Positions 9,827-21,100 of a stretch of DNA of 64,000 nt are shown here, piece by piece. The stretch's first letter is position 1; each line of letters opens with the position of its first letter. The translations under genes and the position numbers were made by a program. Source of the stretch: Spirochaetia bacterium (GTDB taxonomy: Bacteria > Spirochaetota > Spirochaetia > DSM-2461); the NCBI GenBank assembly GCA_963668315.1, contig OY764216.1, positions 3,584,001 to 3,648,000 on the forward strand, written 5' to 3'. Below the pieces are notes generated by a model that had not been told where the DNA came from, ran no database searches, and saw only the letters and a list, made by a program, of their open reading frames with translations.

Positions 9827-11119
9827 CTATTTATTCCATTTGGCCATATCCAGTTCCTTTTCTCCCTTGGTGACCAGGATCGTTCCCATCATGTCTCCGG
9901 TGACATTCGTAATCGTCCTGCCCATATCGAGCAGAGCGTCGATACCCAGAATCATGGCGTAGGCGGCGGCGACGGCCGATCCGGCCTCTATGGTAATCCC
10001 GACGGAATTAAGGACCATGAGAAGCATAATGGCTCCCGCACCGGGAATCCCGGCCGAACCGATGGAAGCGAGAACGGCGGTAAGAATGATGGTGAACTGA
10101 TCCGCCAGTGTCATATCCATACCTACCGCGTTGGTGATAAAGAGCGCGCAGACCCCCATATAAATCGCCGTCCCGTCCATATTGATGGTCGCCCCCAGAG
10201 GAAGGGTGAAGGAGGATATCTTCTTGGGAACCCCCAGGTTCTCCGTCATGTTTCTCATGGTGACCGGGAGGGTGCCGCTGGAGGAACGTGTCACAAAGGC
10301 CGTGATCATCGCTTCCCGCGCACCTTTGAAAAACGTCAGATACCCCAGCTTGTTGACAACAAGAAACAGACCGTAAACAACGGCTATCTGAAGGATAAAT
10401 CCCGCATAAGCGGTCAGCGTCACAAGACCCAGGGAACCGAAAGCACTGGCGCCCTGTTTACCGAAGACGACGGCGATAAGGGCGAATACACCGATGGGGG
10501 CGTATTCCAGTATCCATCGCACGATGACATACATGACTTCCGCCGCGCCGTCGAACATATCCAAAAGGACAGTTCCGCTTTTCTGCATGCGCGGATCATC
10601 GCTGTTTCGGACTACGGAAATCCCAATGCCGAAGATCAGTGCGAAAAAGATGATGGGAAGAACCTGACCCTGAGAAAGGGCTCCGAAGGGGTTCTTGGGA
10701 ATAATAGCCAGAAGGGTATCGATAAAACGGGGCTGCGCCAGTTCCTTGCCTGCCGCTTCGGCACTGGCCGCCAGATTGAGGCCGGAACCGGGATGAAAGA
10801 CATTGGCCACCAGAAGGCCGATTGTCACGGCCAGGGCCGAAGTCAGCATGTAATAGACAAAAATGCGCACTCCGATTTTTCCCAGCTCCCTGGGCTGTAT
10901 GCTGGCCGCTCCGACAACGAGGGACGTCAGAATCAAGGGCATGACGATCATCTTGAGCAGATTGACGAGAATGCTGCCCAACGGCTGAACAACAGCCACG
11001 GAAGGGCCGAAGACAATACCCGCCGCCGCGCCCAGTATGAGCCCGATTAAAATCCGAAGGAGCAGATTTGTCTGGAAATACCAGGAAAACAATCCTCTCC
11101 TGCCCGTTTTATCATTCAT
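9827..11119 (-). CDS. Dicarboxylate/amino acid:cation symporter (GltP/GltPh family)
   Basis: TRSSSGTLP, PLGATINMDG, ASIGSAGIPG, DMGRT.TNVTGD. Confidence 0.95.
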   Translation of the reverse strand: MNDKTGRRGLFSWYFQTNLLLRILIGLILGAAAGIVFGPSVAVVQPLGSILVNLLKMIVMPLILTSLVVGAASIQPRELGKIGVRIFVYYMLTSALAVTIGLLVANVFHPGSGLNLAASAEAAGKELAQPRFIDTLLAIIPKNPFGALSQGQVLPIIFFALIFGIGISVVRNSDDPRMQKSGTVLLDMFDGAAEVMYVIVRWILEYAPIGVFALIAVVFGKQGASAFGSLGLVTLTAYAGFILQIAVVYGLFLVVNKLGYLTFFKGAREAMITAFVTRSSSGTLPVTMRNMTENLGVPKKISSFTLPLGATINMDGTAIYMGVCALFITNAVGMDMTLADQFTIILTAVLASIGSAGIPGAGAIMLLMVLNSVGITIEAGSAVAAAYAMILGIDALLDMGRTITNVTGDMMGTILVTKGEKELDMAKWNK

Positions 11120-11375
11120 AAATAAACCTCCGAGAAAAATGAAAATGTGTCATATTTATCCAATTGTCCCATGAATAATCGTTTTTAGCAAGAAATATCT
11201 GATTTCCCCTCCTGAGGGGCGGAAAATAACGAAAAAAGGAGAAAAAAGGCAGTAAGGCCCCTTTTCCCTCACTCCTTTCTCAAAAGGATCATATCGGCTC
11301 CCTTGACAGGAGGAAGGTCAAAATGATATTTTTCTAGGCAGATTTTATTAATTGATACTATTCTAAGGAGATACT

Positions 11376-12119
11376 ATGTCCGGCCACAGTAAATGGCATA
11401 CTATTAAGCATAAGAAAGGTGCCCTCGATGCCAAAAGGGGAAAGCTTTTTACGAAGATCATTAAGGAAATTACCGTAGCAGCACGACTGGGCGGCGGAGA
11501 TCCCGAAGCGAATCCCCGTCTGAGAACGGTTCTCCTTAAGGCCAAGTCGGCCAATATGCCCAAAGACAATATCGACAGAGCCATCAAAAAAGGTACCGGC
11601 GACATGGACGGTGTCGACTATGTTGAACTCCAGTATGAAGCCTATGCCGCAGGCGGTGTCGGTCTTCTTATCGACGCTCTGACGGAAAATAAAAACAGAA
11701 CTGCTGCCGATGTAAGATCCATCCTTAATAAAAGCGGCGGACAGCTGGCGGCAACCGGCGCCGTATCCTATCAGTTCAACCGCAAGGGTACCATCGTTTA
11801 CAATCTGGAAACGGTTGATTTCGACGCGCTGTTCGAAGCGGCCCTGGAAGCGGGAGCGGAAGATGTTTCCGAAGACGGCGGCATTGCCGAAGTCGTGACA
11901 GACCCCAGCGCTTTCGGAGATGTTCTGGAAGCCCTTCAGGCTGCCGGTTTTCAGGAAGAGGATGCCGAAGTGGCCATGGTTCCCGATAATGTCGTAGCCC
12001 TGGATGATGAAAAAACGGCAAAGGTTTTAAGGCTGATTGAAAGGCTGGAAGACTGCGACGACGTTCAGTCCGTGGCCACCAACCTCGATGTTCCCGACGA
12101 CTTTGAAATGCCCGAATAA
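11376..12119 (+). CDS. yebC: YebC/PmpR family protein
   Basis: MSGHSKWHTIKHKKG, NPRLR, N.NRT..DVR. Confidence 0.95.
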   Translation: MSGHSKWHTIKHKKGALDAKRGKLFTKIIKEITVAARLGGGDPEANPRLRTVLLKAKSANMPKDNIDRAIKKGTGDMDGVDYVELQYEAYAAGGVGLLIDALTENKNRTAADVRSILNKSGGQLAATGAVSYQFNRKGTIVYNLETVDFDALFEAALEAGAEDVSEDGGIAEVVTDPSAFGDVLEALQAAGFQEEDAEVAMVPDNVVALDDEKTAKVLRLIERLEDCDDVQSVATNLDVPDDFEMPE

Positions 12120-12607
12120 TGCGGGTTCTGGGAATTGATCCCGGATTGGCTTCAGTGGGATGGGGGATTGTCGAATCACGGCAGAATCGTCTCTCCCACG
12201 TGGCCCGGGGAACAATCAAAACAGCCAGCCGTGATTCTTCCGGCCTCAGGCTGAAACAGATTTACTGCGAATTACAAAAAATCATAGATCAGTACAAACC
12301 GGACGAGGCGTCTTTGGAAACGCTTTATTTTGCGAAGAATACCACCTCGGCTCTTCCGGTAGCCCAGGCCAGAGGCGTTCAGATCCTGGCCTGTGCCGAC
12401 GCCAATCTTCCCATAGGGGAATATACCCCGCTGGAGATCAAACAGGCCGTTGTCGGATCGGGAAGGGCGGAAAAGCAGCAGGTGGAACATATGGTTTATC
12501 TGCTGTTGGGCCTTCGGGAGAAGGAAAAATCCGACCATGCCACCGATGCACTGGCCGCCGCCATATGTCACATAAACAGGGGAGGTGCCTTTTGTGGAAT
12601 AGTATAA
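12119..12607 (+). CDS. ruvC: Holliday junction endonuclease RuvC
   Basis: LGIDPG, QARG, EYTP..IKQAVVG.G.A.K, DALAAAICH. Confidence 0.95.
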   Translation: MRVLGIDPGLASVGWGIVESRQNRLSHVARGTIKTASRDSSGLRLKQIYCELQKIIDQYKPDEASLETLYFAKNTTSALPVAQARGVQILACADANLPIGEYTPLEIKQAVVGSGRAEKQQVEHMVYLLLGLREKEKSDHATDALAAAICHINRGGAFCGIV

Positions 12608-13191
12608 AGGGAGTTGTCACTCACATCGGAGCCGAAGTTCTGTATCTGGAGAACGGCGGTCTCGAATGGGAAATTGAAGCGTCCCCCTCAACCCTGTCAA
12701 AATTACCCCGCGACGGCAGTGAAGTCCGGATCTACACCTATCTCCAGCACAAGGAAGACATGATGAAACTCTACGGTTTTTCCACTCCCCGGGAAAAACA
12801 GCTGTTCATCAGCCTCATCGCCGTCAGCGGTGTGGGGCCGAAACTGGCCTTGAAGATCCTCACAGGGATGAAGCCGGACGATTTCATTACAGCCATGGAC
12901 CGGGAGGACGTGGACGGATTAATCCGCATTCCCGGACTGGGAAAGAAAACCGCCCAGAAGATTATCCTCCAGCTTCGCGGGAAACTCATCAGCGACGAGG
13001 ATACGGCGATTCCCGCTTCAGAGGGGGGGGAAATCGCCGAAGCCCTGGCCGCCATGGGCTTTGACAAGAAGAGCGCGGCCCGCACGGTGAACCGCCTGCT
13101 GGAAAGTCCCTCCGTAAAGGCCCTGGAGGGCCAGGCCCGTGAACAGGAAATCATGCGTCTTGCCATAGTTGATCTCAGCACATCCGTTTAG
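12592..13191 (+). CDS. ruvA: Holliday junction branch migration protein RuvA
   Basis: [22 protein letters not shown]; start moved to TTG 12592 after GGAGG at 12581-12585. Confidence 0.93.
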   Translation: MWNSIKGVVTHIGAEVLYLENGGLEWEIEASPSTLSKLPRDGSEVRIYTYLQHKEDMMKLYGFSTPREKQLFISLIAVSGVGPKLALKILTGMKPDDFITAMDREDVDGLIRIPGLGKKTAQKIILQLRGKLISDEDTAIPASEGGEIAEALAAMGFDKKSAARTVNRLLESPSVKALEGQAREQEIMRLAIVDLSTSV

Positions 13192-13199
13192 GGGTAGAT

Positions 13200-14231
13200 A
13201 TGTCCGACTACACCGAAGAAGAGAAGATACTCGCCAGGGAAGCCATAAGCGAGGAAGAGAACCGGGATAACCTTATCCGCCCCCATCTGCTCAGGGATTT
13301 CCAGGGGCAGTCGGAGGTCAAGGAGAACCTGTCCGTTTTCATTTCCGCCGCCCGTCAGAGGCAGGACGCCCTGGACCACGTCTTCATTTCGGGACCTCCC
13401 GGACTGGGTAAGACGACTCTGGCCGGCATCATGGCCAACGAGCTTGGTGTGGAGCTGAAAGTAACCAGCGCCCCGGCTCTGGACAAGCCCAAAGACCTGG
13501 CGGGACTCCTTTCCACCATTCCCGAAAGAACCGTCTTCTTTATCGATGAGATTCACCGCCTGAAACCGGCCATTGAGGAGATGCTCTATATCGCCATGGA
13601 GGATTACGCCCTCGACTGGATTATCGGTCAGGGTCCGGCCGCCAGGAACATCAGGATCCCCATCCCTCCCTTTACCCTCATCGGGGCGACGACGAAACCG
13701 GGACGTGTATCCAGCCCTCTTTTCACCCGTTTCGGTATTAACGTGAGGATGAACTACTACAATGAGACGGAACTGGGACAGATCGTCCGCCGGACGGCCC
13801 AGTTGCTGGAGATTCCCATCGAAGCGCAGGCGTCCCTCTTTCTGGCCCGCTGCTCCCGCGGAACGCCCCGGATCGCCAACCGCCTCGTGAAAAGGATGAG
13901 GGATTACGCCCAGATCGAAGGCAACGGAACGATAACGGAGGAAATCGTCAAATCCGGACTGACGAGATTACGGATAGACCATCTGGGCCTCGAAGAGATT
14001 GACCGTGAGATTCTGAGAACCATTATTACGAAATACTCCGGTGGCCCCGTGGGAGCCGAAACCCTGGCGATCTCCGTAGGCGAAGGAATCGATTCCCTCG
14101 AGGATTTTTACGAGCCCTATCTCATCCAGATGGGTTTTATCAAGAGGACTCCCCGGGGTCGGGTGGCCACCCCATTGGCCTATGAACACTTAAGGATTGA
14201 AACAAATGAAGACCAGCGATTTCTCTTTTGA
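13200..14231 (+). CDS. ruvB: Holliday junction helicase RuvB
   Basis: [39 protein letters not shown]. Confidence 0.97.
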   Translation: MSDYTEEEKILAREAISEEENRDNLIRPHLLRDFQGQSEVKENLSVFISAARQRQDALDHVFISGPPGLGKTTLAGIMANELGVELKVTSAPALDKPKDLAGLLSTIPERTVFFIDEIHRLKPAIEEMLYIAMEDYALDWIIGQGPAARNIRIPIPPFTLIGATTKPGRVSSPLFTRFGINVRMNYYNETELGQIVRRTAQLLEIPIEAQASLFLARCSRGTPRIANRLVKRMRDYAQIEGNGTITEEIVKSGLTRLRIDHLGLEEIDREILRTIITKYSGGPVGAETLAISVGEGIDSLEDFYEPYLIQMGFIKRTPRGRVATPLAYEHLRIETNEDQRFLF

Positions 14232-15243
14232 ACTTCCCGAGGAACTGATTGCCTACCATCCCCCCGAAAAAAGGGGAACATGCCGCCTGATGCATCTGGA
14301 CAGGGCCCGGGGTTCCCTCAGCCATCTGAATATGAATGATTTTCCCGATCTTTTACCCGATAATGCCCTGCTTGTGTTCAACAATACCCGGGTGCGGCGG
14401 GCCCGGATTTACGCCCGGTCGAAAGAAACGGGCGGCCAGATTGAGATTCTCCTTCTCAAGGACCTGGAAAATACCATGCTCTGGGAGTGTCTTGTCAGCA
14501 AATCCAAGAAACAGAAAACCGGTAAAACCTATAGCCTTCCCGGCGGAGCGGACGCTCAGATCGTGGCGGAAGAGGAGGGGGGTATCAGGATTATCCGCAC
14601 GGACCGTCCCCTGACCGAAGAGTATCTCAAGTCCAACGGCCATATTCCCCTTCCACCTTATATAAAAAGGGAAGATGAGGCGGGTGACGACACCAGATAC
14701 CAGACGGTATACGCCCGGGAAACCGGTTCCGTGGCGGCGCCCACGGCGGGATTGCATTTTACCGATGAGATCCTGGACCGCCTCAGGGCGAGGGGAGTCG
14801 AAACGGCGTTTGTCACCCTCCATGTGGGAATGGGTACCTTCGCGCCGGTCAGAGCCGAGGAAATCCAGAACCATAAAATGCACACCGAATCCTATTTTGT
14901 CTCGAATGAAACGGCCGAAGCTGTGGAAAGAGCGAAAAGGGAAGGGCGGCCCGTCATCGCCGTGGGGACCACGTCTTTGAGAACCCTTGAATCCTCCTGG
15001 GTGGAAACGGATGAGGGGGGAGCCATGAAAAGGGGCTCCTACGATACGGATATCTTCATCTATCCCGGCTACAAATTCAAAGTGATCGACGGGCTTTTCA
15101 CGAACTTCCATACCCCCGAATCGACCCTTCTTATGCTGGTCAGCGCCTTTGCGGGAAAGGAAAAGATAGACAGGGCCTACGCGGAAGCCGTCAGAGAGAG
15201 GTATCGTTTCTTCTCATACGGCGACGCCATGTTCATTCAGTAG
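14206..15243 (+). CDS. queA: S-adenosylmethionine:tRNA ribosyltransferase-isomerase
   Basis: [35 protein letters not shown]; start at MKTSDF. Confidence 0.96.
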   Translation: MKTSDFSFELPEELIAYHPPEKRGTCRLMHLDRARGSLSHLNMNDFPDLLPDNALLVFNNTRVRRARIYARSKETGGQIEILLLKDLENTMLWECLVSKSKKQKTGKTYSLPGGADAQIVAEEEGGIRIIRTDRPLTEEYLKSNGHIPLPPYIKREDEAGDDTRYQTVYARETGSVAAPTAGLHFTDEILDRLRARGVETAFVTLHVGMGTFAPVRAEEIQNHKMHTESYFVSNETAEAVERAKREGRPVIAVGTTSLRTLESSWVETDEGGAMKRGSYDTDIFIYPGYKFKVIDGLFTNFHTPESTLLMLVSAFAGKEKIDRAYAEAVRERYRFFSYGDAMFIQ

Positions 15244-15842
15244 GTGTTCTCGTCCATGGCCAGGAATTTCTCCCGCACCCGCGCGATGCGGGCCAGTTCC
15301 CGGTCAATGACCTCTTCATAGTTCAAATCGCCGTCCTGGATACGGAAATTCTCATCCTCCCAGTACTGAATATCATCCAGATTCATCCAGGCGAATTTCC
15401 TGTCCGAAGCCTTCTGCGACCACTCGACGGCCTCAAACCAGAACTCTTTTGCCAGTTTATAATAGGATTCCGCCTGATCGAGACTGTCAAGATTGGCGTA
15501 CTTCCAGGGATAGTTATAGAAATAGGCATCGAATTTATCGTATTTAGATCCCAGTTTCAGATAGGTATCCACGATGAGAAGATTCACGTGCATATAAAAC
15601 AGGTAGCGGTACTTTTCCCACTGTTTTTCATCTTCGATACGGCACAGGGCATTGAGAGGATTGGCAAAATCCGAATGGAGGGCCATGGAGAGGTAATTGA
15701 TATTTTCCGCCGAATCTTCCGGGTAATAGTAGAAATGCTGATGGTACAATCTGTAATACTGCTCGGCATAGAGCTTCTGTATGGATGAAAGAGAGGAGAG
15801 GACGGTCAGAAACAGGAGCGGAATAATAAGAAAACGCTTCAT
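15237..15842 (-). CDS. Hypothetical exported protein, aromatic-rich
   Basis: Signal peptide MKRFLIIPLLFLTVLSSLSS; fills the gap between operons. Confidence 0.75.
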   Translation of the reverse strand: MKRFLIIPLLFLTVLSSLSSIQKLYAEQYYRLYHQHFYYYPEDSAENINYLSMALHSDFANPLNALCRIEDEKQWEKYRYLFYMHVNLLIVDTYLKLGSKYDKFDAYFYNYPWKYANLDSLDQAESYYKLAKEFWFEAVEWSQKASDRKFAWMNLDDIQYWEDENFRIQDGDLNYEEVIDRELARIARVREKFLAMDENTY

Positions 15843-15924
15843 TACCCCTATTATCGGCTTCTTTTCCCAGGATTTCACTCAAAATTACAATACTGTAATC
15901 CATCTTTCGCTAATGCAAAAAATC

Positions 15925-15933
15925 TGCTATAAT
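15925..15933 (+). promoter_or_regulatory. Extended -10 element (TGnTATAAT) at the head of the exbB-tamB-bamA run
   Basis: TGCTATAAT at 15925-15933. Confidence 0.5.
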
Positions 15934-15942
15934 CCTTTGTCA

Positions 15943-16239
15943 GTGACAAGGTTCGGGATAACTCTTTTTTTTCTCATTGTTTTGCTGACTCCCTCTCTCT
16001 TTTCCCTTGAAGAACAGAGTTTTCAGGCGAAAATCCTCATCGAGGAACGGAAAGAACCTTCTCTTATCTTTCCCCTTTCCCGTCCCGATTTCAAGGATGT
16101 GGAGAATCAGTTTCTTTTGAAAAGTACCCGAGCCGAATATATATTATATGAAACGTCTCTGCCTTCCGAAGCGGATGCCAGGGATTTATGCGGTTTCCAG
16201 GAACCGAAGACACAAATCCCGAAAGGAGATATTCTGTAA
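15943..16239 (+). CDS. Small hypothetical exported protein (about 98 aa)
   Basis: GTG 15943 gives a signal-peptide-like N-terminus (MTRFGITLFFLIVLLTPSLFS); its TAA overlaps the exbB ATG; start uncertain. Confidence 0.55.
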   Translation: MTRFGITLFFLIVLLTPSLFSLEEQSFQAKILIEERKEPSLIFPLSRPDFKDVENQFLLKSTRAEYILYETSLPSEADARDLCGFQEPKTQIPKGDIL

Positions 16240-16874
16240 TGCTGGATATGATCCGAGAAAGCTTTACCTTTCTCATTCCCATAATTCTTATTTCCCTCTA
16301 TATGCTGGCTCTGATTCTGGAGCTGCTTTTCTCCCTGAGAAAGCGTGTATTGAAGGATAAGCACTTTTCGCAGATTCTTTATCTGGTCGACAAGGGCCGT
16401 CTCCAGGAAGCAGCGGAAGCGACGAGATCGGTTTCCCAGGAAAGGATTCTTAAGGGTTCCCTGCGGATTTTTCAGAAGAACAGTCCCCCCGACAGGGAGG
16501 ATTTTCTCTTTGATCTGGCCATAAGGGAGATAGAGAAGATTAACCGCCGCGTAGGTCTTCTGCCCGCCCTGGCCAATATCTCCACCCTGATGGGGCTTTT
16601 GGGCACCGTGGCCGGTATGATCATCGTCTTTTACAATATGAGAATCACGGGCAGTTCCGATCCCTATGTACTGGCGGGAGGAATTTCCCAGGCCCTTATC
16701 ACCACGGCCGCGGGACTGATCATTGCCGTCCCGGCTTATCTTTTTCATCTTGTGCTGAAAAACCGGGTCCATATCATGGAAGAGCAGCTCGAACATACCA
16801 TTGACAGAATCATGAATCTGTACAGGGAGAGGCTTGAAGATGCCCGCAAGAAAGCTAGAATGGAAGAAAATTAA
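16239..16874 (+). CDS. MotA/TolQ/ExbB proton channel family protein
   Basis: STLMGLLGTVAGMI, LAGGISQALITTAAGLIIAVPA; RBS AAGGAG. Confidence 0.92.
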   Translation: MLDMIRESFTFLIPIILISLYMLALILELLFSLRKRVLKDKHFSQILYLVDKGRLQEAAEATRSVSQERILKGSLRIFQKNSPPDREDFLFDLAIREIEKINRRVGLLPALANISTLMGLLGTVAGMIIVFYNMRITGSSDPYVLAGGISQALITTAAGLIIAVPAYLFHLVLKNRVHIMEEQLEHTIDRIMNLYRERLEDARKKARMEEN

Positions 16875-17262
16875 GGCCGATGATCAGGAAGGGACACCGC
16901 TCCTGATCACCCCCTTGATCGACATAATGTTCCTGCTCCTCATTTTTTTCGTTATGAACACGAGCTTCAGCCGGTTCAGCCCCCTTGAGATTAATCTTCC
17001 CGAAAGCGAAGCCCAGTCTGAAACGGTCGGCGACCAGCTGACCCTGATCCTGAAGAATGACGGAAATATTGTAATCAACGGGGAAAGACTGACTCTGGAG
17101 ACCCTAACGTCCTTTCTCGAAAGCAGGAGAGAGGAAAGGGGTGAGGAAAGCGTCATCATCGCAGGAGACGAAAGCATAAGCTACGCCTTTCTTGTCCATG
17201 TCATGGATAAGGTCAGCCAGGCCGGTCTGCAGGATATTACCCTTTTAACGGAGAGTCAGTAA
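16840..17262 (+). CDS. ExbD/TolR family protein
   Basis: ITPLIDIMFLLLIFFVM, INLP, IAGD......V.VMD....AG. Confidence 0.92.
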   Translation: MPARKLEWKKIKADDQEGTPLLITPLIDIMFLLLIFFVMNTSFSRFSPLEINLPESEAQSETVGDQLTLILKNDGNIVINGERLTLETLTSFLESRREERGEESVIIAGDESISYAFLVHVMDKVSQAGLQDITLLTESQ

Positions 17263-17265
17263 TCA

Positions 17266-18129
17266 GTGTTTGTCCAGAGAAGGAGCTTCCTTTCTTCCTT
17301 AATCATTCATCTGTTTCTTTTCTTACTCCTATGGGGGTATTTTATAGTCAAGACACCGCCTCTCCCTCTGCTTCCCCAGAAACGGGTCGTGAAGGTCACC
17401 GTGAAGAGTCGGACAGCAGAAAGGGTCCCGGAACAAAAATCCCATTTGCCGGCCCTTGCCGAACCCCGAAAGGAAAATTTGCCTCTCCCTCCCGACCGGA
17501 CGCCGGAGAAAGCACCCGAGCCGGAACCGCTGCCCCCCCGGGAAATGATATCCGAACAGCCGCAGCCGGTAGAAAAGACCGTAACCCCGGCGGAAGAACA
17601 GCTGACTGCCGCGGAGCCGCCGAAGGAAGCTCTTGCCGAACCGCCTCTGCCTTCCTCCTCTGACGAAACAGCCCGTGACGAACCGGCGGCCCTGGGGGAA
17701 AATTACGCCTATTCCTTTGCCGAATCCTCTCCGCTTCCGTCCCTGGAAGACCCTCTGGCCATTCCCCGGGAGGATTTCAGCCTCGACCACCTGCTTATTC
17801 AGGACGAAGTTCCCCAGGAAGGAACGGACTCTCTCTACCATATAGAGCTCTCTGCCGGCAGACTCAGGAATATCATATCCACTCCGGATATTCTTTTTGA
17901 TATGAAGGATCCGGTGCTCGGGACTTTATCCGATTGCCGCATTGCCTTTTCTGTAACAGAGGAGGGACTCGTCAGGGATATCAGGATGATCCCTCCGGGA
18001 ACGGGGAGTGAGACTTACGATGAAATACTGGAAACCCTTCTCTCCCGTTTTCTTTTTTCCCCGGGAGAAGCGGAAGAGGGAACCATCGCCATTAATTTTT
18101 CCCCCATAAGCGGGGCGTCCCATGATTAA
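17266..18129 (+). CDS. TonB/TolA-like energy transducer
   Basis: N-terminal TM with S-x3-H (SLIIH), Pro/Glu-rich linker, TonB_C-like end (F.V...G.V..I.....G....D). Confidence 0.75.
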   Translation: MFVQRRSFLSSLIIHLFLFLLLWGYFIVKTPPLPLLPQKRVVKVTVKSRTAERVPEQKSHLPALAEPRKENLPLPPDRTPEKAPEPEPLPPREMISEQPQPVEKTVTPAEEQLTAAEPPKEALAEPPLPSSSDETARDEPAALGENYAYSFAESSPLPSLEDPLAIPREDFSLDHLLIQDEVPQEGTDSLYHIELSAGRLRNIISTPDILFDMKDPVLGTLSDCRIAFSVTEEGLVRDIRMIPPGTGSETYDEILETLLSRFLFSPGEAEEGTIAINFSPISGASHD

Positions 18130-21100
18130 AAAACAGTTCTACCAGATCGCCCTTCTTATTTTTATGCTCCTGATCATGATAGGACTCTACCTCCCCATCC
18201 GGAGCCATATGGTGGAACAGCTTGAAAAGATTAAAAGCTCGCTTATTTCCAGCTGGGAAAGAGAATACGGGATGGAGATTAAATACCGATCCGCATCCCC
18301 CACGATTATCAATTCACTGAGAATAAGGGACTTTTCTCTCTCTTCGGGGGAGAGGGCTGATTTTTCCTTCAATTCGGAGCGGATTTCCCTTTTCTACGGT
18401 CTCAGACCCTTTTCCCGGGACAGTCATAAAATCAGCCTCAACAGGCTCCTCATCAAAAGGGGTATGGTGTATATCAACCTTCCCTCGGACAGTACCCCTG
18501 GCGAAACGCCCGATCCGAAGGAGATTTCTTCACGGATCCAGCATATTATATCCGCCTATTTCCCCTCAGCCGTTGTGGAATTACGGGATATCACGGTGAG
18601 AATTGTCCGGGGAGGGGAGATTTACCACTGGAATATCGGTCTGCTTCGCTGTTCCGCCGAGGATGACTCCATAAACATCAGCCACAAAGGTTCCTTCACC
18701 GGGGGGGACGACGTGTCTTTTGCCCTTACCGCCCGCGGATCGGTCGGTACCGCCCTGGACAGGCTGAATTTCTCCACCCGCCTGGAAAACTTCGATTCCT
18801 CTATTCTTGGATTTGACCGATTGGATTTTCAAGTGGGCATGAACGGCGATGAACTGAGAATCAGCAAGGTCAGCGATAAATTCCCCGTCGATATCTCCCT
18901 TCAGAAAAAGGGCGATTTGTGGTCCCTTAAATATCAATCGGAAGATTTCACGCCCTCAGACATATTCTCCCCCGGCAGGGAATGGCAGGATTACGCCCCC
19001 TGGTTCGGTCTGACTCTGGACGGCTCTCTTCAGTGCGACTACGACAGCACGACCAAAGTCCCTCTCTATTCAACGGATCTGGTCATGAAGGGAAATAATG
19101 ATTTTATACGGGAGCATCTGGGCGGCTACACAACCGTGAGACTGGTTCTGTCGGGAGAACAGTGGAACATAAGCAGCCGATTGGTGGATGTGAAAGCTCC
19201 GATAGGTCATTTCTCCTATTCAGGGGATATGCATCTGACGGACAGGCAGGCGAGGGGAACTTTTCTTATCGACCGGGGAAGAATCACCCCCGATCTGTTT
19301 CTCTCAGCAAAATGGGACATCCTGTTGGATGACAGCCAGTTCTCCCTGAATACGGACTCATTGACGCTGGGAGAGAAAGAGAGCGGCTCCCTGACCCTTT
19401 CGGGGGAAGCCCAGTGGGAGAAACGCAATATTCTGGCCAACGCCGTGTACACAGGGCCACTGGCCGATTATATAAGCCTTGATATCTATGCCGATTTCAT
19501 CGACTCCCTCTCCCTGAAAACCTGGTATGACATTCAGTCTTTGAATCTACCGGAGCTCCTGGATACGGCCGGCCTGGTCTCGCCCGAAAGCCCCCTCCTG
19601 TCCCTATCCCGGAATGCTACGGTGAACAGCCGGGGGTCTCTCGATCTCTCGGACAGCGTTCTGACAGCCATGGTGGATAGAATTGACCTCCTTTCTCCCG
19701 ATTTCCGGTTCTCGGCGGAAGGTTACGGCAACGGGAAAAAAATCGTTGTTTCCGATCTCCTCTTTGAAAAGGGAAATAACAGAGTGGTGGGCTCACTGAC
19801 CGGGGCGATGGGCGACATCACCACCCTGCAGAGCAGACTGACCTACAATGGAAGTCCCTTCGATCTTGACATGATCTGGCAGAAGGAGGAGAGAACGGTC
19901 GCCGTAGAAGGCTCCTATGACCTTAAGGGAGACCTCCGCTATTTTGACAACGGAATGGTCCATTTCAATCTGGCCTCCTCACCCATACCATTCAATCTCA
20001 GGGATAACGGGCTGAAAATGAAACTGGGGATGAGCGGAATGATATCTCCCGACCGGTGGTCCGTCAATTTCCTTGAAAACAAGATAATCATCAGCGACAG
20101 CCCCTATTTATATCCGGCGGAGATATCATTCTCGGGACTTTTGGACAACAGCACCCTGCATATAAACAAAATGGAATGGAAGGATGATTTCTCAAAAATT
20201 CAGGGAAACGGGAAGCTCCTCCTTCCCCTGGCAGGCTCCAGGCAGTTCAACGGATGGCTGACCCTGGATTCGGACAGGGACGAGAAATATAAATTTCTCT
20301 TTTTCAAAGACGGCTCCCATTACAACGGTTACGGGGATATAGAGAATCTGATAGTAAAAAGAATAAAGGCCCTGGACAGGGAAGGAACGATTTCGGCCAG
20401 TCTCAATTTTCAGGATCTTCCCCTGAACAGCAAAGTGAAGGGTAATATCGAAGCTTCTCTGGAAGATATGGGAAGCCTTTCATGCTCTCTGGATCTTAAC
20501 GATGAGAGAGTTTTGCTGACGGACCTGGAGGGGGATTTCGGTTCCGCCCGGTTCAACAGCGGTCTTATTACATTCAACAGGAATGGGGGTGATCTGACCA
20601 TGAGTCTGGGCCTCGGGGGAGTTCTAGCAAAAAAAGAGTGGAAAACCGGCCTGTACCTCAAGGGTAGAAGCGAGGATATTCTCAATCCGGAGAAAGCGAA
20701 TTTTTCCGGGGTTCTGAAAACCGAGGAGATCAGCTTCAACGGAAGCGTCGTCAGTCCCCCCTTGAGTTTTCACATGGATAGGGAAGGAGAGGATATCTCC
20801 CTTTACAATGACGATCGGGAAGTTTTCAATTCCTATTACAGTCTTTCAAGCGGCCAGATCATCGTCAATTCGGAAAAGCTGCTGCCCCTCTCCTTTGACT
20901 TGAGAGGAATATTGCGCAGCGACGTTCTGGATGTGACCCTTTCACGTATCTATATGGATATGAAAAAGGCCAATTCCTTCATGCCCGTGGATTATGCCAG
21001 TAAAAAGCCCATGGTGGAATTCGACCAGGGGATTCTCCGGGGGCAGATGACCCTGAAGGGCACCCCCGCTTCACCGGATATCAACGGTGTTCTGACCATT

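Noticed and set aside
9782..11050. 422-aa plus-strand ORF
   Set aside because: Antisense to the symporter and starts inside a terminator.
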